From Tepidisphaerales bacterium (lineage in GTDB: Bacteria > Planctomycetota > Phycisphaerae > Tepidisphaerales > Tepidisphaeraceae): DNA of 18,612 bases. Position numbers and translations under genes: made by a program. The stretch is from NCBI GenBank assembly GCA_038213005.1, contig JBBQTU010000061.1, positions 1 to 18,612 on the forward strand. Direction: 5' to 3'. Below, piece after piece: positions 1 through 6,818 of the stretch. Position 1 is the first letter of the stretch. Every line of letters begins with the position of its first letter. The notes under the pieces were generated by a model. That model had not been told where the DNA came from, ran no database searches, and saw only the letters and a list, made by a program, of their open reading frames with translations.

Positions 1-1
1 A

Positions 2-841
2 GGGCGTCTTGAGGAGGCCAGGCGGTGTACTGCGCAGATCGCCCGGCACTATGAGAACTTCACGGTGGTGTCGTGGATGCTGCCGCGGGCGATGCGTCAG
101 CACTTCTACAACGTCTATGCTTTCTGTCGCCATGCGGATGATCTGGCCGATGAGATCGCCGAGAAGGAGCGGTCGCTGGCTGAGCTGGCACGCCTGCGGG
201 AGGATGTCCGGCGCATGTATGGCGGTGAGCCCGAGCATCTCATCCTGGTCGCCTTGCGCGAGACGGTGCGGCAGTATGAGATTCCGCCGGAGCCGTTTCT
301 GGCGCTGATCGACGCGTTTGAGCAGGATCAGAAGGTAAGCCGGTATGAGACGTTTGAGCAGCTCCGCGACTACTGCCGGCGCAGTGCGGATCCGGTCGGG
401 CGGCTGGTACTCTATATGGCGGGGTATCGGGATGCCGAGCGTCAAGCCCTATCCGACTGCACGTGCACGGCGCTGCAACTGACCAATTTCTGGCAGGATG
501 TGGCGAGTGATCTTGGCCGGGGACGGATCTACATTCCGCGGGAGGATATGACGCGGTTCGGCGTGTGCGAACAGGACATCGTGGCCCGGCGATCGACGCC
601 GCAGTTTATCGAGATGATGAAGTTTGAGGTTGCCAGGGCGAGGGATCTGTTTGCCGATGGCCGCAAGTTGCTGCCGATGGTGAATCGGCGCGTGCGCGGC
701 GACATAGCTCTTTACGGGCTGGGCGGCCTGGCGATCTTGGATCGAATCGCCGGCGTCGGCTATAACGTGCTGGAGCGGCGGCCGACGCTGAGCAAGGCCG
801 CCAAACTTGGCCTCATAGCCCGCTATCTCATCGGAGTCTGA
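2..841 (+). CDS. hpnC: Squalene/phytoene synthase family protein, HpnC-like (hydroxysqualene synthase). 5' end lies outside the window.
   Basis: The reading frame is open from base 2 (…IARHYENFTVVSWMLP…). It carries the VYAFCRHADDLADE and NFWQDVASDLGRGRIYIPRED motifs typical of trans-isoprenyl diphosphate synthase head-to-head enzymes. The N-terminal YENF(P/T)V…LP signature matches HpnC. The stop overlaps the hpnD ATG (TGATG). Confidence 0.8.
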   Translation, partial: GRLEEARRCTAQIARHYENFTVVSWMLPRAMRQHFYNVYAFCRHADDLADEIAEKERSLAELARLREDVRRMYGGEPEHLILVALRETVRQYEIPPEPFLALIDAFEQDQKVSRYETFEQLRDYCRRSADPVGRLVLYMAGYRDAERQALSDCTCTALQLTNFWQDVASDLGRGRIYIPREDMTRFGVCEQDIVARRSTPQFIEMMKFEVARARDLFADGRKLLPMVNRRVRGDIALYGLGGLAILDRIAGVGYNVLERRPTLSKAAKLGLIARYLIGV

Positions 842-1845
842 TGCCCGACGAACTGGAACAGTCGCAGGAGTGGTGCCATCAGCGGATGCGTGAGGCGGCG
901 CGGAATTTCTACTACGGCATGCGCCTGCTGGCCCCCGACAAACGCAATGCCATGTATGCCCTGTATGCGTGGATGCGATGGATCGACGACCTGGCCGATG
1001 GGCCTGAAGACCAGCGCGATGAGGATCGCGATCTGGTCGCGGTCCGCAACTCGCTGGAGGATTGGCGCGAGCTGACGCATCGGGAACTGCAACCGGCTGC
1101 TGCCGGTAAATCCGAAATACGAAGTACGAAATACGAAACACCCTCTCCCAACCTCCCCCAAGGGGGAGGGGAAGAGAGTGGCGGCGGCCGCGCTGGCGGC
1201 GGCGCCGGCGGTCAGACGCCCTCGCATCCGATGTTCCCGGCCTTGGCCGAGGCGGTTCATCGGTTTGGCATCCCACCGGGGTTGTTTGATGAGGCGATGG
1301 ACGGGCAGCTTCAGGATCTGGAGCAGTCGCGATACGCCACCTTTGATGAACTCTACCGCTACTGCTACCGCGTGGCTTCGACCGTGGGCATCGCGGCGGT
1401 TTATATCTGGCGATTCAATTCGCCCGATGCCATCAAGCTGGCCGAGTATCGCGGCATCGCGTTTCAGCTCACCAACATCCTGCGGGACTTGCGCGAGGAT
1501 GCCTCGCGGGGGCGTGTCTATCTGCCGCAGGAAGATATTTCGCGATTTGGCGTGAGCCATCTGGACAAGCCTTCGCGGGAGCTGGCCGATCTGATCGCCT
1601 TCCAGGCCCGCAGGGCGAAGGAGTACTACCGGCAGTCGGCGCCGCTGGAGTCCATGATCGAGCCCGACTCGCGCCCGACTCTGCGGGTGATGACGGCGAT
1701 CTACGGCGGCATCCTCGACCAGATCATCGCCGACCCGCTGGCCGTGCTGCACAAGCGGGTTTCGCTATCGGGGCCGCGCAAGGTGGGCGAAGTGATGCGT
1801 CAGCTTTACCTCGCCGAGAAGTTGGCGATTGACGGAGCGCAGTAA
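841..1845 (+). CDS. hpnD: Presqualene diphosphate synthase HpnD-like (squalene/phytoene synthase family), with a ~40-aa low-complexity insertion.
   Basis: NFYYGMRLLAPDKRNAMYALYAWMRWIDDLAD and FQLTNILRDLREDASRGRVYLPQED motifs are present. It is translationally coupled to hpnC. At 334 aa it is ~45 aa longer than typical HpnD, because of the KSEIRSTKYETPSPNLPQGGGEESGGGRAGGGAGGQTP segment. Confidence 0.8.
   Translation: MPDELEQSQEWCHQRMREAARNFYYGMRLLAPDKRNAMYALYAWMRWIDDLADGPEDQRDEDRDLVAVRNSLEDWRELTHRELQPAAAGKSEIRSTKYETPSPNLPQGGGEESGGGRAGGGAGGQTPSHPMFPALAEAVHRFGIPPGLFDEAMDGQLQDLEQSRYATFDELYRYCYRVASTVGIAAVYIWRFNSPDAIKLAEYRGIAFQLTNILRDLREDASRGRVYLPQEDISRFGVSHLDKPSRELADLIAFQARRAKEYYRQSAPLESMIEPDSRPTLRVMTAIYGGILDQIIADPLAVLHKRVSLSGPRKVGEVMRQLYLAEKLAIDGAQ
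1105..1215. repeat. Intragenic repeat block inside hpnD: 4 tandem 7-mers (cgaaRYa, 1113-1140), a 42-bp imperfect palindrome (1139-1180; core cctccccc-aa-gggggagg) and a (ggc/gcg) tract.
   Basis: Read directly. caccctctcccaacctcccccaagggggaggggaagagagtg is nearly self-complementary. It is AT-rich and low-complexity, unlike the surrounding codon-biased sequence, yet stays in frame. Confidence 0.7.
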
Positions 1846-1847
1846 CA

Positions 1848-3137
1848 GTGACCCTGGACGCGATCGTTGTCGGCGGGGGACTGGCGGGCATGTCGGCCGC
1901 CACAGCGCTCACCGATGCCGGGGCGAGGGTTGCGCTGATCGAACAGCGCGGCTTGCTTGGCGGCCGGGCCGGCAGCTTTGTCAGTCCCGCCTTTTCCCGG
2001 CGCATGCTGGATAACTCTCAGCATGTCCTGCTGGGCTGCTGTGACGAACTCCAGGCGTTCTACGCGCGGCTCGGAGTCTCTCATCTCATCCAGTTTCAGG
2101 ATGACCTGATCTTCGCTGGTACCACCGGGCGCCGCGGAGTCATGAAGACATCCTGTCTGCCCGCGCCACTGCATCTTGGCCCGTCGATGCTGGGATTTGG
2201 CCTGATCCCGCTAGGGCATCGCATCGAGGTCGCCCTGGCGATGCTGCGAATGCAGGCGATCGGCCGGGATGGCCGCAACCAGTTCGCCGATGTCTCCTTT
2301 GAGCGCGTCCTGCTCGATCTGGGTCAGTCGGCCGGGGCCATCGCGTCATTCTGGGATGTCATCTGCGTGTCGGCGTTGAATGAGCCGTGCGCCACCGCGG
2401 CCGGGCACTACGGGCTCCAGGTTTTCCAGGAGGCGTTCCTGGGCGCTCGCGGCGGCTATCGTCTGGGCTTTGCCCGCGTGCCGCTGTCGATGCTGTATCG
2501 GCACCTGCCGATCGAGACGCTGCTGAACACATCGGTCAAGTCGCTCATTGTCGAATCCGGCCGCGCGTGCGGGGTGAGGCTCACCGATCGCGAACTGCGC
2601 GCCGACCGCATCATCCTGGCCGTCTCTCCCTGGTCGGCAGCGAGGCTATTCACCGCCGAACTGCTCGATGCCGACCCGCAACTCCGCCGCGTGCAGTCCC
2701 TCCAGTATCGCCCGATCGTCGGCGCGCATCTGCAATTCGACCGGCCGATCCTTGACGTCCCCAACCTCGCATTGATGGGCACGCGCCTGCACTGGGCATT
2801 TGCCGATAGCGACGATCCGACGCTGATCCACGGCGTGGCCAGTGCAGCCGACGACCTGTGCCCCCTGCCCCAGCAGGCCATTGCCGACCTGTTCGTCAAT
2901 GAGCTGCGCCAAACCTGCCCGGCCGCACGCAGCGCCACGCTTAGCCACTTTTTGATCGTCAAGGAAACCCGCGCCACCTTCCGCCCGCTACCGGGAGTCG
3001 ATGCTTTCCGCCCAACCCAACGGACGCGTGTCCCCGGTCTGACCCTGGCGGGCGATTACACGCAGACCACATGGCCCTCCACCATGGAGGGCGCAGTCCG
3101 ATCCGGCCGCCTTGCAGCGCGGGCTGCTCTGCGCTGA
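1848..3137 (+). CDS. hpnE: Hydroxysqualene dehydroxylase HpnE-like (FAD-dependent amine oxidase family).
   Basis: GTG start 3 nt after the hpnD stop. N-terminal Rossmann motif IVVGGGLAGMSAA…ALIEQR…LGGR. Contiguous with hpnC and hpnD. Confidence 0.85.
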   Translation: MTLDAIVVGGGLAGMSAATALTDAGARVALIEQRGLLGGRAGSFVSPAFSRRMLDNSQHVLLGCCDELQAFYARLGVSHLIQFQDDLIFAGTTGRRGVMKTSCLPAPLHLGPSMLGFGLIPLGHRIEVALAMLRMQAIGRDGRNQFADVSFERVLLDLGQSAGAIASFWDVICVSALNEPCATAAGHYGLQVFQEAFLGARGGYRLGFARVPLSMLYRHLPIETLLNTSVKSLIVESGRACGVRLTDRELRADRIILAVSPWSAARLFTAELLDADPQLRRVQSLQYRPIVGAHLQFDRPILDVPNLALMGTRLHWAFADSDDPTLIHGVASAADDLCPLPQQAIADLFVNELRQTCPAARSATLSHFLIVKETRATFRPLPGVDAFRPTQRTRVPGLTLAGDYTQTTWPSTMEGAVRSGRLAARAALR

Positions 3138-3299
3138 GTTGACAGGTGTGTGTTGCAGAGGAATAAGGAAGCGGCTGCGCCGACAGAATCGCTACGGCCG
3201 AGGACGGCACGTGCCACGGCTCGTGCAAAACAGAGCGCATCCTGGCCGGCGGGACAATCGAGCAAAAGCGAGAACTGATAGGCTTTTACGTACCGATAA

Positions 3300-3739
3300 T
3301 CAGGACGGCCCCGAACGAACTCCTATCACGTCGCTCTCAGCCTTCACGCGGCGCTCTTTAGCCAGACTGTAGCGGGGGAGGGTTTTGACGCCACCGAATG
3401 CTTCAATCAGTACATTTCCGGGATTGGCCCACTCTGTGCGACTGATCGTCTCGTGGCCGCTGCCGGAGACCCAAGCCCAGTCGCCCCGGCTCTTGGATCG
3501 GCACCGCTGCGATTTTGGGAACCACGCGATCTCACGGCGTGTCACGGAACAAAACGAAAGTACGACATCAAGGTATTGTCTTGACCGGCCAAGTGTTTCG
3601 CCTCGGGCGCGTTCTTCAGGGGTACGATAGCTGCGATCTGCCCCGTCGCCTCGTCGTAAGCCCAGCCAGCGTAAGCCCAACCGGGCGAAGCGACAGGCGA
3701 TTGCGTTGACACACTGGCGTGCCGCACTCGGGACATCAT
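3300..3739 (-). pseudogene. Two overlapping reading-frame fragments (3542-3739 and 3300-3680) that may be one degraded, frameshifted gene.
   Basis: No intact ORF. Frame B contains …GDWAWVSGSGHETISRTEW…, which faintly resembles a metallophosphoesterase GHxH-type motif. GC is lower than in the hpn genes. The region lies between hpnE and a decayed copy of the hpnE 3' end. Weakly supported. Confidence 0.25.
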
Positions 3740-3742
3740 TCC

Positions 3743-3856
3743 AGGCCTGACCCTTGCCGGGGATTACACGCAGACAACCTGGCCCTCCACCATGGAAGGC
3801 GCAGGTCTTGGTCCGACAACGACCTACAACAATCTTGCCAGAATTTGTTTGACCTG
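3743..3856 (+). pseudogene. Decayed duplicate of the hpnE 3' end (encodes IPGLTLAGDYTQTTWPSTMEGAG…).
   Basis: Bases 3745-3820 are ~85% identical at nucleotide level to 3037-3110 of the intact hpnE (cctgaccct.gc.gg.gattacacgcagac.ac.tggccctccaccatgga.ggcgcag). Only ~30 codons are conserved and there is no upstream continuation. Confidence 0.7.
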
Positions 3857-3955
3857 CCTCATCCGTTGTGGTTCTATGGGAGGTGCAAATCGTGCCGGTG
3901 GATATCTTGTTTGCCGGCCGTCATATCTGGTGGTCATTTTTTGTGGAGGACGGTT

Positions 3956-4234
3956 ATGCCTTTAGGAACCGTCAAGTGGTTTGATGCGAAGAAGGGTTAC
4001 GGCTTCATTCTTGGCCCCGAGGGCAAGGATGTGTTCGTTCACTTCAGTACGATCGCCGGCGATGGCTTCCGGTCCCTGCGGGACGGTGAGGCGGTCGAGT
4101 ACGACCTGACGGAAGGCGACAAGGGTCTGCTGGCCACTGCCGTCCGCCGGGCGGCCGCTGAGGCGATGGCGGGATCGGTCGAACCGGCCGCGCCAACCCC
4201 TTGGCGTGATCAATCGGTGTCGATGCACAATTAG
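3956..4234 (+). CDS. Cold-shock protein (CspA family) with a ~25-aa C-terminal tail.
   Basis: MPLGTVKWFDAKKGYGFI…DVFVHFS… cold-shock domain with RNP-1/RNP-2 motifs. SD GGAGGA lies 6 nt upstream of the ATG at 3956. The ORF tracker's upstream extension from 3719 has no supporting signal. Confidence 0.85.
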   Translation: MPLGTVKWFDAKKGYGFILGPEGKDVFVHFSTIAGDGFRSLRDGEAVEYDLTEGDKGLLATAVRRAAAEAMAGSVEPAAPTPWRDQSVSMHN

Positions 4235-4539
4235 TCTGGTGCGTCAGAAGGCTGACTCCCTGAGGTGGCATGTGTCCGCCAACTGCGAACGCATGGTTGC
4301 CAAGCGATATGAGGTGGCATTGGTGTGAAGCAGCACACGGGCCATCGCAGGAACATTTCGGTCTGGAATATTTTTAAGACACGTTCGGTGAAGACTGTTT
4401 CGCGGTCGGAGCGGTACGCCGTACAGGGCGCTTATCCAACGGGTAGGTGAGTGCGGCGGTCTGAGATGGGGCGGGCTGCCCCCGGTGCGGATGCTTTCTG
4501 TGCCGTGGGGCAGTCCGCTGCTGTCCGGGACCGGGCACC

Positions 4540-4725
4540 TCAGAACGACACGACCAATTGCCAGATGAAGGTGTAGGCGAGTGAGTCGACATCTTCCCAG
4601 ACCTTCTTGACCAGTTGTTCGTCGCCGGTCATCGGGGGGAGTTCCTGCTTCTTCTGGTCCCACGGGATGCAGACGCCAGGCGCGGGCGCGGGTGTCGCGG
4701 AAGGGGTTGGGGACACGGTTTCCAT
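4540..4725 (-). CDS. Small hypothetical protein (61 aa), translationally coupled downstream of the URO-D-like methyltransferase.
   Basis: AAAGGA sits 6 nt upstream of the ATG, which is 22 nt after the stop of the upstream gene on the same strand. No recognisable domain: Pro/Thr-rich N-terminus and a hydrophobic C-terminus (…LAYTFIWQLVVSF). Confidence 0.4.
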   Translation of the reverse strand: METVSPTPSATPAPAPGVCIPWDQKKQELPPMTGDEQLVKKVWEDVDSLAYTFIWQLVVSF

Positions 4726-4749
4726 AATGGGTCCTTTGTTAACTCGCGG

Positions 4750-5946
4750 TCAATACTGGCCGAACTCGCGGGCGGCCTGCGTCATGGCCTTCATGTTCTC
4801 GACGGTGGCGTCGTTCTGGATGATGGCGCCGGCGTCGAGGATGAAGCCGCCATCCCGGCCGACTTCCTGGATCACTTTCTTCACCCGGTCGCGGACCTCC
4901 TGCGGCTTTCCGTAGGCCAGCAGGGCGTTGTCGATGCCGCCGGAGATGGCGAACTTGTGGTGCAGGGCCTTGTGGACCAGGGCGATGTCATCCCGGTCGC
5001 AGTGGAAGACGATGCTGCCTTCGGGCAGTTCGCAGAAGGCCTTGAGGTGGTATTTCCACTTGCCTTCGGCGTAGAAGAGGACCTGCCGGCCACGCTTGTG
5101 AAGCTCGAGGATGATCGGCTTGAGGGTCGGCCAGTACATGGTGTCGAAGGTCTCCTGGGAGATCAGCGGGACGCAGCCGCGATGCATCCAGAAGCCGATG
5201 GGAACCGTGCCGGTGGGGTCGGAGCTGGTCAGGGCCACGTGGAGCATGTGGGGCATGAGAGCCTCGGCGGCCTTCTTGACCTGGGCGGGGCGCTCGAAGA
5301 CGTCTTCGGTGAGGCCGAGGTAGCCGCGGAACTTGTCGGCGATGATGTCGAAGGGGGACTTGAGGATGCCGGCGATGGCCGAGGGCATGGCGGCATCAAC
5401 CCGCATGCGCTGGACCTGGGCGGGGAATGAGCCGAAGTAGCTCATCAGGGCCATGCCGCCTTTGACCAGGGCGAGGTTGCTCTGGTAGGTCGCCGGCTCA
5501 CCGGGCCTGGTTACTTGCGTGGAGACGCGCGGGAGCCAGGTGTTGTAGAGGAAGGCCGTGGGGTCGGCGATGAGCTGGTCGTACTCGTCGGCCTGCATCC
5601 AGGATTGTCCCTCGGGAGGTTCGAGGTATTGGAAGCCGGTGTCAGGTGCGTGCCCGACGCCGGGGATGGCGTAATAGCGGAGTCCGACGGCCTGGGCGAT
5701 GCCGCCCCAGACGTAGACCATGTTGGCGACGGCGGCGTCCCAGTCGAAGTCGGCGCAGGTCTTGACGGTCGCGTCGAAGGCGAGGTTGAAATCCTGGGTC
5801 ACCTGCTGGCAGGTATAGCCGGTGTATCGCGCCACGAACTCGGCGACGAAGGGGCGAATGGGAACGCAATCGGGCTTGCCGTTGCGCAAGGCCGTGGTGT
5901 ATCGCTTGAGCCGCTGCTGGTAGAGCGTTTCTTTGTCGGTGGACAT
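4750..5946 (-). CDS. Uroporphyrinogen-decarboxylase-superfamily protein, MtaA/CmuA-like methyltransferase.
   Basis: Length and the C-terminal …GGFILDAGAIIQNDATVENMKAMTQAAREFG are characteristic of the URO-D-like methylcobamide methyltransferase fold. Start chosen at MSTDKETLYQQ (5946). An in-frame alternative start at 6018 adds 24 aa. Confidence 0.6.
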   Translation of the reverse strand: MSTDKETLYQQRLKRYTTALRNGKPDCVPIRPFVAEFVARYTGYTCQQVTQDFNLAFDATVKTCADFDWDAAVANMVYVWGGIAQAVGLRYYAIPGVGHAPDTGFQYLEPPEGQSWMQADEYDQLIADPTAFLYNTWLPRVSTQVTRPGEPATYQSNLALVKGGMALMSYFGSFPAQVQRMRVDAAMPSAIAGILKSPFDIIADKFRGYLGLTEDVFERPAQVKKAAEALMPHMLHVALTSSDPTGTVPIGFWMHRGCVPLISQETFDTMYWPTLKPIILELHKRGRQVLFYAEGKWKYHLKAFCELPEGSIVFHCDRDDIALVHKALHHKFAISGGIDNALLAYGKPQEVRDRVKKVIQEVGRDGGFILDAGAIIQNDATVENMKAMTQAAREFGQY

Positions 5947-6137
5947 AAGAGCACCAGTATAGCCGTGGCGAAAGAAGAAAGCAGGCGGCGTCTCGGACAA
6001 CACGGCGTGTCGGACCACCGTTGGCCTGCTTCAGGCACTGTCGCACTTCTATCGCCTGTTTGGCAAGCGCTTCGGTCTGACTCTGCGGAACTACCGGCAG
6101 CGGCAGCAGATGATCCTGGGGCGGGGGGAGCGACGCT

Positions 6138-6236
6138 GAGGGCGGGTGAGGCGATTCCGGGTTGGCGCCCGATTGACAGGCGTTGCGGCTGACTTACGAT
6201 GCTTGCGGCGGCGGGAGTTGTCGATTCCTTTCCGGA
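6138..6236 (+). promoter_or_regulatory. Conserved promoter/leader element, copy 1: GATTCC…CGATTGACA-16nt-TACGAT…GCGGGAGTTGTCGATTCCTTTCC.
   Basis: Sigma70-like -35 TTGACA and -10 TACGAT with a 16-nt spacer. ~80% identical over ~100 bp to 12888-12990. Lies immediately upstream of nfeD and divergent from the URO-D-like methyltransferase. Confidence 0.55.
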
Positions 6237-6242
6237 TACACC

Positions 6243-6818
6243 ATGCGAGCATTCTATTTCTTCTGCGCATTAGCGGGCGGAGCGCTGTTCTTCCTGCAGT
6301 TCCTGCTGGGGCTGTTTGGGCACGGCGACGGGCATGATGTGGATGGGCATGTGGATGCCCACGCCGGGGGGGATGTCGGGCACGAGACGAGCATGTTGAC
6401 CGGCATTCTCACGCTGCGGGCGATGGTGGCGGGGCTGACGGTTTTCGGGCTTACGGGCCTGATTACGCTCACATCGACGATGCACGTGGGGCTGGGGCTA
6501 CTGATCTCAATCGGGGCGGCATTCGTGAGCATGATGATCGTCGCAGCGCTGATGCGTTCGATGAGCAGTCTGTATAGCGAGGGGACCGTCCGGGTCGAGA
6601 ATGCCGTCGGCCGCCCGGGGACGGTATATCTGGGCATCCCGGCCAGGGGCAACGGCGTCGGCAAGGTGACGCTGACGCTGCAGAATCGGACGGTTGAATA
6701 TCAGGCTGTGACGGCCGGTGAGGCGTTGCCCATCGGGACCCGAATCAATGTGACCAAGGTAATCGGCGCCGACACTGTCGAGGTGGTAGGTGCCATGAAA
6801 CAGGAGAAAGTCGCGTGA
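6243..6818 (+). CDS. NfeD-family membrane protein (YqiJ-like, short form with C-terminal OB-fold).
   Basis: An N-terminal membrane segment, a His/Asp-rich linker (HGDGHDVDGHVDAHAGGD), more membrane helices and a C-terminal beta-rich soluble domain. The stop overlaps the flotillin GTG (GTGA). This is the classic nfeD-SPFH operon arrangement. The tracker's upstream extension from 6183 uses a TTG. Confidence 0.7.
   Translation: MRAFYFFCALAGGALFFLQFLLGLFGHGDGHDVDGHVDAHAGGDVGHETSMLTGILTLRAMVAGLTVFGLTGLITLTSTMHVGLGLLISIGAAFVSMMIVAALMRSMSSLYSEGTVRVENAVGRPGTVYLGIPARGNGVGKVTLTLQNRTVEYQAVTAGEALPIGTRINVTKVIGADTVEVVGAMKQEKVA

Noticed and set aside
449-1752. Long minus-strand ORFs (275 and 309 aa) overlapping hpnC/hpnD
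   Set aside because: Antisense open frames are expected in 65% GC DNA. The proteins are Arg/Pro/Ala-rich with no motifs, and the plus-strand genes have clear family signatures.
3139-3200. TTGACA immediately after the hpnE stop as a promoter for the inserted segment
   Set aside because: No convincing -10 at 16-18 nt spacing, and there is no plus-strand gene downstream until the cold-shock gene. That gene has its own TTGACC…TTCTAT candidate at ~3860-3895.
4615-6192. Plus-strand ORFs 4615-5430 (271 aa) and 5515-6192 (225 aa)
   Set aside because: Both are antisense to the well-supported URO-D-like methyltransferase, Gly/Asp/Val-rich and low-complexity. The second would also run through the conserved promoter element.
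6183-6240. Possible conserved leader peptide (C-G-G-S-C-R-F-L-S) encoded in both copies of the conserved promoter element
   Set aside because: The two copies share no start codon in that frame (one has only a TTG far upstream). The peptide identity is a by-product of DNA identity, and the segment lies at +5 to +30 of the predicted transcript.
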